This document shows positions 21,770 to 33,159 of a stretch of DNA of 64,000 nt, in pieces. The stretch covers positions 16,926,001 through 16,990,000 of the forward strand of contig JBHGNT010000006.1 in the NCBI GenBank assembly GCA_043228905.1, in the 5' to 3' direction. How positions within the stretch are numbered: position 1 is the stretch's first letter; each line of letters starts with the position of its first letter. Source of the stretch: Azolla caroliniana (taxonomy: Eukaryota; Plantae; Polypodiophyta). The notes under the pieces are model-generated. The model was not told where the DNA came from. It searched no databases and saw nothing but the letters and a program-made list of their open reading frames with translations. Made by a program: the position numbers and the translations under genes.

Positions 21770-24685
21770 ATGGCACTGTCGGACGGAGCGCGACAATGGC
21801 TGACGGAGAACGGATTAGGAGGGCTGCTGTGGGTCGCTGACGCTCCACCACACAAGGAACCGGAGCAGGCGGCAACAGCGGTGGACTTAGCAGAAGTCAC
21901 CGAAGGAGCGGTACAAGCGCTCACAGGGATTTCGGAGGGAGGACTTCAGACGATAGAGCTACCCTCGAGCCAAATATTCTTCGAGTATTTCGGCGAATAC
22001 TCCCTTAGCAGCAAGGCGTATCGCACACAGGGCAGAGAGAACCTGCTGTTCGGAGAGGTGGCCCGCGCCCTGATGGAGTATGGGTTCGTGAACCCTCGCC
22101 CGCCAGCCATAGCCAAATACCGAGCAGCGATAGTCATCGCGACATTCAAAGGCCTGCAGGTGGACTGGCTCCACTTCATCACCGAAGGACTGAAAGAGGC
22201 GATCAAGCACTTGGTGGAAGGGAAGAAGCCATGGGCCGGAATATCCCAATGGTTAACAGTGTTGGTCCCACCAGTGTCCCCCCTCAAGCACAAGCAAAGA
22301 AGTCGGCAGGAGACTACGCCGAAGCAAACCATGAAGCGTCGACGAATCCTAGAGAAACACACTCCAGGATGGACACAGGAAGAAGAAGCGCCGCGGGAAG
22401 AGGGATCATCCCGACAGCCGCGGAAAGAAGGCTCATCTCGACAACCGCGGGAAGAAGACTCCTCCCGACAGCAACGGGAGGAAGGCTCATCACGGCAGCC
22501 ACAGAAACAACAACAGCAACCGACAACGAAGAAGAAAAAGGCGGAAAAAGGCAAGGAGAAGCTGGCGAAGAAGACCAGCAAGAGGCAAACCGACACCGAA
22601 CCAGTAACGCTCGAACCGGAACCGGTACCAGTAAAGGAACCGATAGTCGCACCGACGGAGGACGCTGAAACAGAGGAAGACTCATCCGAACCGATGTTAA
22701 TACTACCACCCAGGCAAGGAAAGGAGAAACGGGCGACAAGACCGACCCCAACAGCGGACGGAACTCAGCAACGGGCGAAAGAACCGCCTCCAGTAACCGG
22801 AACAGAAGCGACACAGGATGAAGGTCCGTCTGCACCAAAGACGGCGGTACCGGAACCGACGGCGGCGGAATTCGAAGAACAAAGAAAGGAACAAGCGCCG
22901 GAGCAAGAGAAGAGGCCGGAAAAACAGCCGGAAAAACAGCCGGAGCTAGGTACGCCTGCTCACACCGACGAAGGCGGAACAAAGGCACAATGGCTAAGGT
23001 GGTTGTCAGGGCAGTTGTCGGGAGTGGCAGACCAGATGGAGAAAGAGGAGGAGCAAAGGGAACAAGTGACTAGGACAACAAATAAGGATATGGTCATGCT
23101 CCGGGCACAATTACATGAGCTGCAAGAAGAGCTAGCACAGGCAAAAGAAGGCAGCCGACAAGCACAAGATGGCACCGAGCCGGTCGGGACATCAGAAAAG
23201 CAAGCCGAACCAGAAACGGAGAAGGCCTTGCAAACCGGCCCTGAGACCGAGAAGTTAATAGCAACTTTGAAAGAGGAATTACAGGCTCAGGAGGCATTGA
23301 GAGATAACGAAAGGGAACAGCGGAAGTTGGTAGAAGACGACAGACGGCGAATGGAGGAAGGCCTTCGCCGAAGCAAAGCCACCAATGACCGACTACAAGA
23401 AGAAAACGGGAAGCTGCAAAAGGAGAAAGATAGGCTGCGCCGACGAATGGAGCAGGAAATCGAGCGGTTGCGAGAGGAACTCCGACAACAAAAGGACCGG
23501 GATGATCGGTTGCGAGATCAGGCGAACCGACGCCTAAAACAGAAGACGGAGGAATTCGACCGACTATGTAAGGATTATAAACAGGCCACGTCGGACATCA
23601 AGAATCAGGCAGCAACGTTCGACCGACAGATAGAGAAGCTGAAAGAGCAGCTCAAGGAAAACCGCTTGGAATTGTCCAAAGCAAGGGAGGAAGTATCGGC
23701 GGAGAAGACCTTGACGTCGGAACAAAGAAAGGAGATGGAAGTACTTCGGCAGAAAGTAGGGGAGCTGACAAAGAGCAGGAACGAGGAAAAAGTGAAGTCG
23801 ACTTTCGAAATCAACAAATGGCGGAGTACCTGTGACAAGCAAAAAGCCGACTCTGAAGCTCATTCTCAGTTAATGGCCGACATCATCAAACGGATAAGGA
23901 AGGAAAAACAAGCAGCTTCGGAACAGGCTAAAGCAGGGGTTGACCGAATTAAGTTCATCATGTCAAGTTGGAGTACCCGAGCTCAGGCCAGCATAAATGA
24001 AAGCACGGAGAAGCTCTGGAGGGAATGGGCACAACAGGCAGCTGAACTGCAGACACTCCGTGCTGATGCAGAAAATCGGAAGAAAACCGGAGATGGGTTC
24101 TATAAAATGGACGAAGAAAGTATCGTCAACATCCGGGAAGAATTGTCGGAGGATTTCTATGCTCTAGCAGAAGAGCATCTCAAGGAAATCCGAGGGTTAG
24201 TAGAGAGGTTGGATGACGGGCAGCTCGAAACCCAACTAGAATTGGAAGGGTACGAGAAGGACCGACTGCGACAGGAAGCCGAGGGACACACAACGCCGAT
24301 CTCCATCAGTGAGGGCGAGCGACCGGCTGAAGAGGACCCAACCAACAATGCACCCCGACAAGAATTACCCGAGGAAGAACTTCCGGAGCAAGAACGGGTT
24401 GATGCCGGGGATGATGTAGAGTGGAGACAGAGAAGTACCGAATCCGGGGAGGAAAGGACACAACCAGTGGAAACCGGAGAGAGCGATATCGGGAACGGAA
24501 CGGAGGAAGAGCAGGACAGACCCGGACAGGATACAGAAGAAACACCGGTACCACCGGTACAAGCAGAGTCGGAGCAGCAAGATGCGAAAAGGCAGCCAAT
24601 CCAATCGGAAGTCGGAGACGGCACAGACAAGACAACACTTGAAACCTCTGAGCGGAGTTTGCTGGATAATTTGGAGGAAGACTGA
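21770..24685 (+). CDS. Extra ORF: conserved N-terminal domain, low-complexity linker, long coiled coil; function unknown
   Basis: The frame is open from 21512 to 24685. The likely start is ATG 21770 (MALSDG..), which aligns with element D's MPLTAS.. and lies downstream of TATA CTATATAAAG (~21626). Confidence 0.85.
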   Translation: MALSDGARQWLTENGLGGLLWVADAPPHKEPEQAATAVDLAEVTEGAVQALTGISEGGLQTIELPSSQIFFEYFGEYSLSSKAYRTQGRENLLFGEVARALMEYGFVNPRPPAIAKYRAAIVIATFKGLQVDWLHFITEGLKEAIKHLVEGKKPWAGISQWLTVLVPPVSPLKHKQRSRQETTPKQTMKRRRILEKHTPGWTQEEEAPREEGSSRQPRKEGSSRQPREEDSSRQQREEGSSRQPQKQQQQPTTKKKKAEKGKEKLAKKTSKRQTDTEPVTLEPEPVPVKEPIVAPTEDAETEEDSSEPMLILPPRQGKEKRATRPTPTADGTQQRAKEPPPVTGTEATQDEGPSAPKTAVPEPTAAEFEEQRKEQAPEQEKRPEKQPEKQPELGTPAHTDEGGTKAQWLRWLSGQLSGVADQMEKEEEQREQVTRTTNKDMVMLRAQLHELQEELAQAKEGSRQAQDGTEPVGTSEKQAEPETEKALQTGPETEKLIATLKEELQAQEALRDNEREQRKLVEDDRRRMEEGLRRSKATNDRLQEENGKLQKEKDRLRRRMEQEIERLREELRQQKDRDDRLRDQANRRLKQKTEEFDRLCKDYKQATSDIKNQAATFDRQIEKLKEQLKENRLELSKAREEVSAEKTLTSEQRKEMEVLRQKVGELTKSRNEEKVKSTFEINKWRSTCDKQKADSEAHSQLMADIIKRIRKEKQAASEQAKAGVDRIKFIMSSWSTRAQASINESTEKLWREWAQQAAELQTLRADAENRKKTGDGFYKMDEESIVNIREELSEDFYALAEEHLKEIRGLVERLDDGQLETQLELEGYEKDRLRQEAEGHTTPISISEGERPAEEDPTNNAPRQELPEEELPEQERVDAGDDVEWRQRSTESGEERTQPVETGESDIGNGTEEEQDRPGQDTEETPVPPVQAESEQQDAKRQPIQSEVGDGTDKTTLETSERSLLDNLEED

Positions 24686-25111
24686 AGCCGGCTGTGGGTT
24701 CGAAGTGCATTGCACTTTCCCACGGGCGTGCCATGTGTTGGCCGGTCAGAGAAGGCAAATGGGAAAGCAAGGTCGGATCGGATAAATATAGAAATAGGAA
24801 TAGAATTATTAGGAGGGACGGATCCGGTAGTTGTAACCGATCCGGATACGAACCGATTCGGTTTCGGTTAACGGTTGCATACCGAGCACCGATTGTAATC
24901 TGGTCGGATGCCTATAAAAGGATCCGATGTTTTGTAATGAAGTAACGAAGAATTAATATAGTTTTGCTTATGCTTCTTAATCTTGTCTTCGTCTGTGCTT
25001 AAGTGGAATTATCATACGCGTGTATTAACATCCTATCCCTACCACCCCTTTGGAGAAGTGTCGGATAGACACCTGTGTTGCGGCTAGTCCAGCCATACAT
25101 ACAACAGGTTG

Positions 25112-26391
25112 TTCCGAGGTGCGTTGGAGTTGCGTTGGTCATGTTGAGGAGCGTCCCGTCGGCGGTTGTGATTAGGTCTTCTATTGTTGCGTGTGTTGCG
25201 ATTGCCGTTTCGCCGATCCATGCGTGAGTTCCTTCGGTCATACCAATCATCGCAATCATCATCGTATCGAGCATAATCGTCATGCCGGTCATCGCGATAA
25301 TAATCACGGCGATTATCACGTTGGTAGTCGCCGTTTCGGCGCCATCGATCCGGGGATCGTGGTTGGTCGTTATCTTGGTCTCGGTAGATATATCGCTCGT
25401 CCTGCCGAGAGTATGTATTTCGTGGCTCGATCTGGCGGACCGGTGCCGCCGTTGTGCGGTTCAGCATATTATATTTGCACTGCTCGACCGTGTGAGCTTG
25501 AGACTGACAGATCGGACACTGTGGTCGGTGGGGACATTCGAGGGCCAGGTGCCCTGATCCGGAACACGTAGTGCATTGGAGGGCTTGGCGAAAGCGATTG
25601 TCCTCTTGGGGAAGAGCGTTTTGCAAGGATGTCATCGAGAAGGTCGTGTCGTGCTGGTTCCGATCGAGGGCGAGAACGCGCACTATGACTTGTTCGATAG
25701 TATGGTTGGTGAAATTTGTAAGTGCGAGAGTCATTCGTAGAGGCTCTCGTAAACTGGATAGGAAAGTGTCCGGTATATGTTGTGCCGAGACATCATCGGC
25801 CACTTGTCTGTAGAGATCCTGGAACCGGATCGTGAACTGCGCGACCGTTTCGTGCGGTTCTTGGCATATAGAGAAGAATTGCCAGAGCAGTTCCCGTTTA
25901 GGCACCTTGCGATGAAAAAGTTCAAGGAACTTTATGCGCACGATTTGGAAAGTGGTGGCCTCTCCTATTTCGAGGCGAGAGTACCATCGTGCGGCCGGTC
26001 CATCGAGGGAGAGTGTGAACTCGGCAATCTTCGAGGCATCGATTTCGGCCGGCGTGAGGCGGTGCGTGGAGTGGTTAGCCTGCCACGTGGATATGAAGGC
26101 ACGAACGTGTGACTCTACGTCTGGTTCGTCGGTATATCGTGGGTATGGGTACGACATGATGTCGTACTGTGGTTCTTCTGGTAGCACTAGAAAAGGGTTT
26201 AGTTCTAGTTGATTGACCTCCGGAGGGCTCGACGGGGGTTCTGGTGGTGAATCAACTCGTGATCGAGTGTCCGGTGGCGAGGATTGCACTGGACAAGACC
26301 CCGATTGATCGGGAAAGGATTGGTTAGTGACCGCCGAGTTGGAAGTTCCTTCGACTGGCTCAGGGCGTCGGGCGGGTGGCCGAGACCTCAT
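25112..26391 (-). CDS. gag: Gag of element D (interrupted at its 3' end by element E)
   Basis: YPYP.Y.DEPD...LDGPAARW...CTTC.GSGH...C, homologous to element E gag. Confidence 0.88.
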
Positions 26392-26462
26392 GGTGCGAGA
26401 GGGCGCCGTAACGGCGGCTGGTGGTTACCTTCAACGAAGTTCGTTGTGCACTCACAGCTGTA

Positions 26463-26475
26463 ACCGGGCGTGGCA
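26463..26475 (-). promoter_or_regulatory. Degenerate PBS of element D, tRNA-Arg(UCU) type
   Basis: TGCCACGCCCGGT 5 nt inside the 5' LTR; one mismatch to the recalled TGGCACGCCCGGT. Confidence 0.55.
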
Positions 26476-26480
26476 AATTG

Positions 26481-26937
26481 TGTTACCCGTTCCTTTGGGT
26501 GAACACCTTCGATAGATCTGCATCTATCAGTCTTCAAGGGCGTGGTACGTGAAGGCTCGTAACAGAGGCGTCGAGAGAGATACAGGGCTCAGAGAGAAAA
26601 CACTAGCAAGGTCTTGATAGACGTGGCGGCGTGAAACTCATAGGTATGGATCAAAGCACAGACTCATGCAGCAAAGATAGGCACAAATAAGATATATTAC
26701 TATGGCAGAAAAGATTACAGAACACGGCCTATGGCCGGTGACCTTATGAGCCTATCTAATTACGAATGACTAAGCTAGTGCTTCCGCCTATAGTTTTCTT
26801 CTCTCCCCTCTCTGAGGTACTAGTCCTCGTTTAAATAACTTTTCCCCTAATACACAGCCGAGCCGTCGGTGGCCCGTGATACTCAGACTCGGCGTTTGCT
26901 AATTTCCTAATTTTACATTTCTGTCCCCTGGACAACA
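26481..26937 (-). repeat. 5' LTR of element D
   Basis: Direct repeat of 3245-3701. Confidence 0.92.
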
Positions 26938-26942
26938 ACTTG

Positions 26943-29900
26943 TAAACTTGTTTAGGGCAAAGTGTGCATAGCCGACCACTCTCATCACTTGTGCCCCAAC
27001 GCCCTGTTTCACATCGCAATGCATGTGAGCTAAGTCGCATGGAAGCAATGGTTCGAATGGCAAATAACGGTATGGGCTCTAACATGTATGGATGTGTACG
27101 ATTTCCCCGTTTCGCAAAGAATATGGTTTTGTAGTTAGGTGCAACATGTGTAGTATAATGTGTGAAGCGTGAGCCTCCACATTTATCCCATGTCATGATA
27201 CATTGGCGTTGCAAAAATGCCTCATTTACAGAAGAATCTAAAGATGCATCATGAAGCAAGTGTCTCGCATCCCATCTACCAAACCATTTTTCTATATCTT
27301 GCATCTAACCGGAACACAAAATTTTGCTTTTATGCGTCTTTTGGATCTTTTTGCTTGCTCCCACACAATTCTAGGAAGTCGATGTGAGGGACTTTTTTGA
27401 ACCTTAAGCATGTATTCAACAACCCTTTCCATGGCCATGATCTCAATGGGAAGCGATCCCGTCTCAAGGAGGAGGGTGTAGGGCGTTTGTTTCTTAACTT
27501 GTAGAAACTTGGTAAGAAAATGCTTTTGGACATTTTCAAACTCTTTCCACATAGATTTAGGGATGCTACCGCCCCATACTTCCACCCCATAGAGAAGAAC
27601 CGGTGTCACCAAAGTGTCGAAAAGATATTTCTTGAGGACCCAACACTTAATATCTCCAAGATTGCATGTGTTCTCAAATGCATAGTATGCTCGCTTACCC
27701 GCCTCTAAGCGACGTGTAGCACATTCATTCCATCTATGATTTGAAGGAACTTCAAGGCCAAGATATTTGAAGGTTTCCATACATTCTAGTGGCTCATTGT
27801 TGTACATAATGCATGGTTTATCTCTTTTTTGGCTCTTCACAAGCATAATCTTTGTTTTAGAGCTATTGACACTTAATTTAGTATGCATGCAAAAAATTTC
27901 CAATGCCTTCATAAGCTTTTGTGCATCTCCTAAAGTATTTGCAAAAAGCACTACATCATTTGCATATAGCAAAAGCATAATCACAACATTCCCAATGGCA
28001 ACTTCTTCAACACATTCTTCCTTTGCAATCTTGGTAACCATTTCTTCCAATTCATCAATGCATAGACCAAATAGTGTTGGTGAGAGTGGGCATCCTTGCT
28101 TAACACCAATAGTGCTTTTGAAAAAATCTGAAAGTTTATCTCTCATGCGCACACAACATATAACCTTCTCATAAATTCGGGAAATTGCAAGCATATATTC
28201 ACTTGGCAACTCAAGTTCTTCCATTCACCTCCAAAGATGCTCATGAGGTACCATATCAAAAGCTTTCTTGAAGTCTACAAAGCAACAATATAAACCTTTA
28301 CCTCTAAGGCGACTTTCCTCCATTAATACTCAAAGGGTGATAAGGTGATCAATGGTGCTATGGTGTTTCCGAAAGCCAGCTTGTCCATAAGCTCTCTTAC
28401 CACTTTTTTCAGCCCATACACTTATCTTTGATTCCATTATACATCCAAATAGTTTTGCCATTAATGAGCCAACCATGATGGTTCGATAGTTGTTTACATT
28501 ATTTATATCTCCACCTTTATGTAAAGGTTTGATCCAATTTGTAGTCCAATCGTACGGCATACCATGTTGCAATGCATCATTAAACATATCGCTTATCCAT
28601 ATATGTGCTTCCTTTCCTGTCCATTTGAGCATTTCAGCCTTTATACATTGAAGATCGCTTGCCTTTCGAGAGGCCAATTTCTTAAGTCCTATGCATATAT
28701 CTTCAATTGTAAAGAAAGGAGGCATATGTGAAAGAGAACCATAACACATCATCTTTCCAGCAAGAGATAACTCATATAAATTCTTACAATGCATAGACAA
28801 GTCGTGAAGAGTTAAGTCACCATAACTCTCAACACGTTTCCCCTTTAGATTTCCCCAAAATTTAGCACATGCATGTGCTTTCTCTTGCATTTGGATAAAT
28901 TGTTGAGTAACTTCCCATATTCTTCTCTTTCTTTGAATAAGCCTTTTATACTCATGCAAATGCTTTTGGTAATTCTCTTTATCCTTAACTACATCCAAAA
29001 CCATAAGGCACTTTCGAGCTTCACGACATTCTTTATCAAACCATTTTTTCCTAAGTTTCTTGGTGCATTTCCAAGATGTGTGGTTGGTCGAAAAACATTT
29101 GTTTGTACATGAGAGAATGACTTTCTTGAAAGCTTCCCATTTGCATTCTAGTGTGGCACCATGTTGTATCTTTGTCATTTGTAACATATCCTCAACCACC
29201 TTGGAATACATGGGTGCTCGCTTAAGGTTCATGCTCAAGTGCGGTTGTTTATTCTCTTCAATAGCCTTCTCACAATCAAACCTATGCATACATTTGAGAT
29301 CAATACATAAAGCCCTATGATCGGATTCCGGTGTCCATTCACCAAGTGAGAATTTATGTATACGATCCAAAATACCTTCGGAAAGTAGCACATAGTCAAT
29401 CACACTATTTCCGTTGTGTTTTCTACATGTAAAACCATTAGCGTTGGGCCATAAGGAAATACCATTTGCAATAAGCAATCCGGTACTATTGCACATTTGT
29501 AGGAGTAACTTCCCAAATTGGTCCGGATCTTTTTCATCGCTAGAAGAGCGGTTATACATTTGCATATCCTCTTCCATCCTTGAGATATGTGGCATGAAAG
29601 ATTCTTGTGAATCAAGTTGGAAACTTCTTGTACGAGCATTCATGTCACCAAAGACAATAACTTCCCCTTTGGATTTGAAATAAGCAATATCATCTTCTAG
29701 ATTGGCAAACGGTTGATCTTTATCCAAACAAGCATAAAAGTTAGAATCTTGATGAGGAATGTAACATCCAACTACAAAAGTGGGCAAATCATTAGGTGTT
29801 TGTATTTTGAGCCATATGTAGCATTTATTTTCATCATTTTTTATGATTGACACATATTTCTCTATTTCCTTCTCTAATCAAACATGCCACCCCTCCTTGT

Positions 29901-30318
29901 CCTCTTCTTTGTCTTGGATTTTTCTTCCATATCAAAGAGTGTACATTATAGTTTCCTAAACCTTGAATCCTTTGAGTATCATGCTCCCATGTTTCAACAA
30001 GAAGTGTGATATCCAAGTCATCGGTGAACTCCTCTATGCCAAATCCCGCATTCCATGGGTATCCATTGCAATTCCAAAAGCATAGTCGTAAAAGGCGTGG
30101 GTTAGTCTCATAGATCACGTGTCCCTATTTGCCTACATTTCCATCTTTAGGCACATCCTTAACCTTATTTTTCAATCTTTCTTCATATGCTTTACGACGA
30201 GCATTTTGTTGTGAGATAGTACGATCTTCACTCACAAAGCATTGTGTACCTTTGAGGTATGCCCAACTATTTTCGAGTATGATCCGCCGCTTTGTATCAT
30301 CTGTCATTGTGCATACAA
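26943..30318 (-). mobile_element. 5'-truncated LINE (APE endonuclease-RT ORF2 plus ORF1 C-terminal remnant; RTEX/L2-like rather than L1), frameshifted
   Basis: WNCNG...ETW, GDMNAR, SVIDY, SDH (APE); GFRK..STIDH, GVKQGCPLSPTLF, LLYANDVVL (RT); ORF1 tail LKGT..FVSEDRT at 30125-30307. Confidence 0.9.
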
Positions 30319-30648
30319 GAGAGAGAGAGAGAGAGTGACAGATCGAGGGAGAGAAAATGATGATGACAGCGATATATTATGTGAGAAGAATATACAAGGA
30401 AGGCTAGGAGGATTAAGACTAGAGTTGAACCGATTTGGTTCGAAATAATGTCATGTGCCTCCTTTTATAGTGTTCTCAGGAGTAATCCTAAAGCTTCTAG
30501 AATGTTATAGAGAAACATGGAATATACATTAATTTTCTATAGTAAAACTTAAATAAAAATAATATCCTACGTATTACAATAGTTAGTGTAATGGTCAAGA
30601 GCTCGACCCATGTAACATAAGGTCATGGGTTCGAGTCTTGCCATATCA
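30319..30648 (-). repeat. Probable LTR segment, possibly the 5' LTR of the gag remnant at 1-2672, split by the LINE
   Basis: Begins TG on the minus strand at 30648; CTATAAAAGG TATA at ~30461-30470; (TC)n tract; a possible CA end at 2899-2900 on the other side of the LINE. Confidence 0.4.
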
Positions 30649-31729
30649 TGATACCCACAGACTCCAAACTATCACTATATAAGAAAGGTACACTCAGAGA
30701 CTCGGAGGCAACGACCTCGAGCTCTGTATCTTCGTCAAGCGGCGGTTACAACGGAGTATTGCTCTGTATCTCTCTCGCTCTATATATATATACAACAATT
30801 ATGCATATACAACAATATGACAACACACACACTTCTGTGATTGCCCTAGGTCATATTTATACTCATATGAACTTAGGGTTATTTACAAATATAGCCTCAA
30901 TAGGCTTACTCAACACATATTTACAAATATGTCTTCTCTTCTAGTTCTCACCAGGTCCATTCGATCCGGTTTCCGAATCTCTTCCGGTTCTCACCGAGCC
31001 CTCTTCATTCATAACCGGATCCCATCCGGAGGGACCGACTTCCCAACATGGACCTCTTGCCCAGCGACGTTATGTGTAGTAAGCGTCGATTCGAGTGTAT
31101 ACTCTGAGAGAGACGGAACGCAATCGTTGATGTGTGGTCTTCGCGTAGCGCGTTCTTCTGTCTTCCGGATGAAGGACCTGATCTGTGGTTGATCTTGTCA
31201 AGTCAGTTCTCGGTTGCGTCGACGGCTAGACATCCATTCCTTGATGCTCGGCTGTGAGGATTCAAAGATCGTCACGCGTGCCAAAAGTGTTACCGATTAG
31301 GAACACGGCCTACCCTCAGTCCTTCGGGGTAGGGTTCAAGTAGATGGTTGTTCAAAGAATGGATTCACTTATTATGCACAGTCGTAGCATCTTAAGAGTA
31401 GAGCATCACTAAATGTCTGTGAAGGTAAGGCATACACTAGAGCCGACTACAACTGAGCTCCTGCCTATCGTGCATCCACAACACGGGTCAGTTACTTTCC
31501 TTAAGACGGTTACGCGTATGAACCAATACAGAGACAGAGACAAAGAAGACTAAACACAGATATTAGAGAAGACAGTACCACTATATTAGATGACTTACGC
31601 TAAAAAACTACGCTAGTTGTTACAATGTTTCTATGCCCTTGATATACGCAACACATAATCGGTTACGCTTCCTGCGTGAACTATTACATTTGTTACTTTA
31701 ACGCTTCGTTCATAATAACACGCCTACTC

Positions 31730-31925
31730 TTCTTTGCTCTCGCCTTGTTTCACATTACTCCGCTTCCGGCGGACAACAGTGGTGCTCACGGTGAAAATCT
31801 TCTTCAGATTTCCCCAAGCATCCTTCAACGTCCTAACATTGTGAATGTAGCTCAAAAGTTGTTCCCTCACACAGAATGCAAAGTAGTAGAGAACTTTGCT
31901 TGCCGCCTGTGAATGCCCTATTGTC
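31730..31925 (-). pseudogene. Ty1/Copia gag remnant
   Basis: QAASKVLY...LLSYI...KDAWGNLKKIF, similar to the Copia gag at 59122-59481. Confidence 0.65.
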
Positions 31926-33159
31926 CAAGGTGTAATGGTCAAGTTGAGAACTCAAATAAAATCCTTTGCAATGTCCTCACGAAAAACCATTGCAACCTCG
32001 CAAAAGGATTGAAGTAGTAAGCTTCACACGACATTCTAGGCGTTCCGAACTTCTTAAAAATTGGCCGCTTAGTAAACTCCTTTTTTATTAGATTGTGGCA
32101 AGAATCTAGAATTCCCATTGAGTTTTTGGTATCACACTTACAAGTCATGCTCTATGAATGACGGGATGACATCCCTATTACGTGTTGCCTTATGAACCTT
32201 GAACATCTCACCAAGATTTTGTTTTTGGCATTCCACACTCTGCTCGTGGAGAAAGCAAACCATAATGTTTGTCATGACAAATGCTTCAAGGATAACAACT
32301 TAGAAGAAGGTTGTATGATGTTTCGATTCTCCTCTTTGACATAAGAAGAAACTAAAGCTTTGGGAGGAAAGGCCCTTACATAGTTGATTCAATCACAAAA
32401 ACTAGTACGTCCATGTTGAAGGATCTTGATGGTCAAGATATCCCCAAATACATGAATGTAAGTAAGTTACAACACTATTATGGACCTCTCACATTCAAAA
32501 ATGTTATCTCCCTTACTTAAGTTGAAACACAAGAACAATTAAACAAGTTTGAGGCATGTGTCAGACCAAAAATGCTCAAGCTAGCACACCAAGTTGGATC
32601 ACCATAATCCAATCCATCCAATAACGAGGGATGTGGCTATGAACTTTAATCCCCCCCGTATTTTGCATTTACCCCATCCAATATAAGTCATGGGGGAAAT
32701 GGGCAAAGGTTGGTGGGGATACAACAATATCGGGTGTCAAGACTTACTATTGCCTTTGTTGTAAATGTCTTTCTTTGTGTGTCAATAAGGGGTCTAGCAT
32801 GCTATGCGAATTGATCTTTGTGGTGCCATCAACCATAGGTGTAGGCCATGACTTGTCTAACGTAGGGGTATGTTATTCAGGATTCTCATAAATCATTTCC
32901 CTCTTTAAGCAATCCTCTCTTAGGAAGTAGACAACAAATTCATTGGATGCATCAATTGGTGTGACACAAGCGAATTTTGTAACATAACATAAACATAACA
33001 TAAACGTAACATGACATGACATGACATGACATGACATGACATGCGTGGTGTCTAACTACTACCAAATATTAAAGAGGGCAAGTGAGGGAATCGCGGAGAG
33101 GGACGGTGCAGGTCGCTAGATGCGGGCGCGTGCGATCTGGACCGTCCAATGTGGCTGTG

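Larger units (their letters stand above)
15047..25106 (+). mobile_element. Element E: young, near-intact Ty3/Gypsy LTR retrotransposon with an extra 3' ORF
   Basis: 371-bp LTRs at 15047-15417 and 24736-25106 (two differences seen by eye); 5-bp TSD GGTTG; TATA-like CCTATAAAAG in the LTR; gag, pol and extra ORF all open. Confidence 0.96.
3245..26937 (-). mobile_element. Element D: decayed Ty3/Gypsy (non-chromovirus) LTR retrotransposon hosting elements B and E, inserted in the LINE
   Basis: 457-bp LTRs at 3245-3701 and 26481-26937; TSD ACTCG/ACTTG; gag, PR-RT-RH-INT and extra ORF all on the minus strand. Confidence 0.92.

Noticed and set aside
24694-24733. A true tRNA gene, or element E being inverted relative to its PBS
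   Set aside because: There is no D-arm or anticodon arm and the T-loop is interrupted. The TATA box, ORFs and a separate PBS at 15424 all support plus-strand orientation.
15469-24770. Antisense ORFs across element E (e.g. 17389-18318, 21946-22596)
   Set aside because: Reverse-frame shadows of gag, pol and the extra ORF; low-complexity translations.
26831-26940. ORF 26831-27304 reading 'ESEYH' beyond the LINE/LTR junction as the true LINE C-terminus
   Set aside because: That part lies in element D's LTR; the real LINE continuation is at 3244 and below.
31930-32960. Possible degenerate Gypsy integrase fragment on the minus strand
   Set aside because: Only scattered motif-like peptides (e.g. 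QPLPI); too decayed to support a call.
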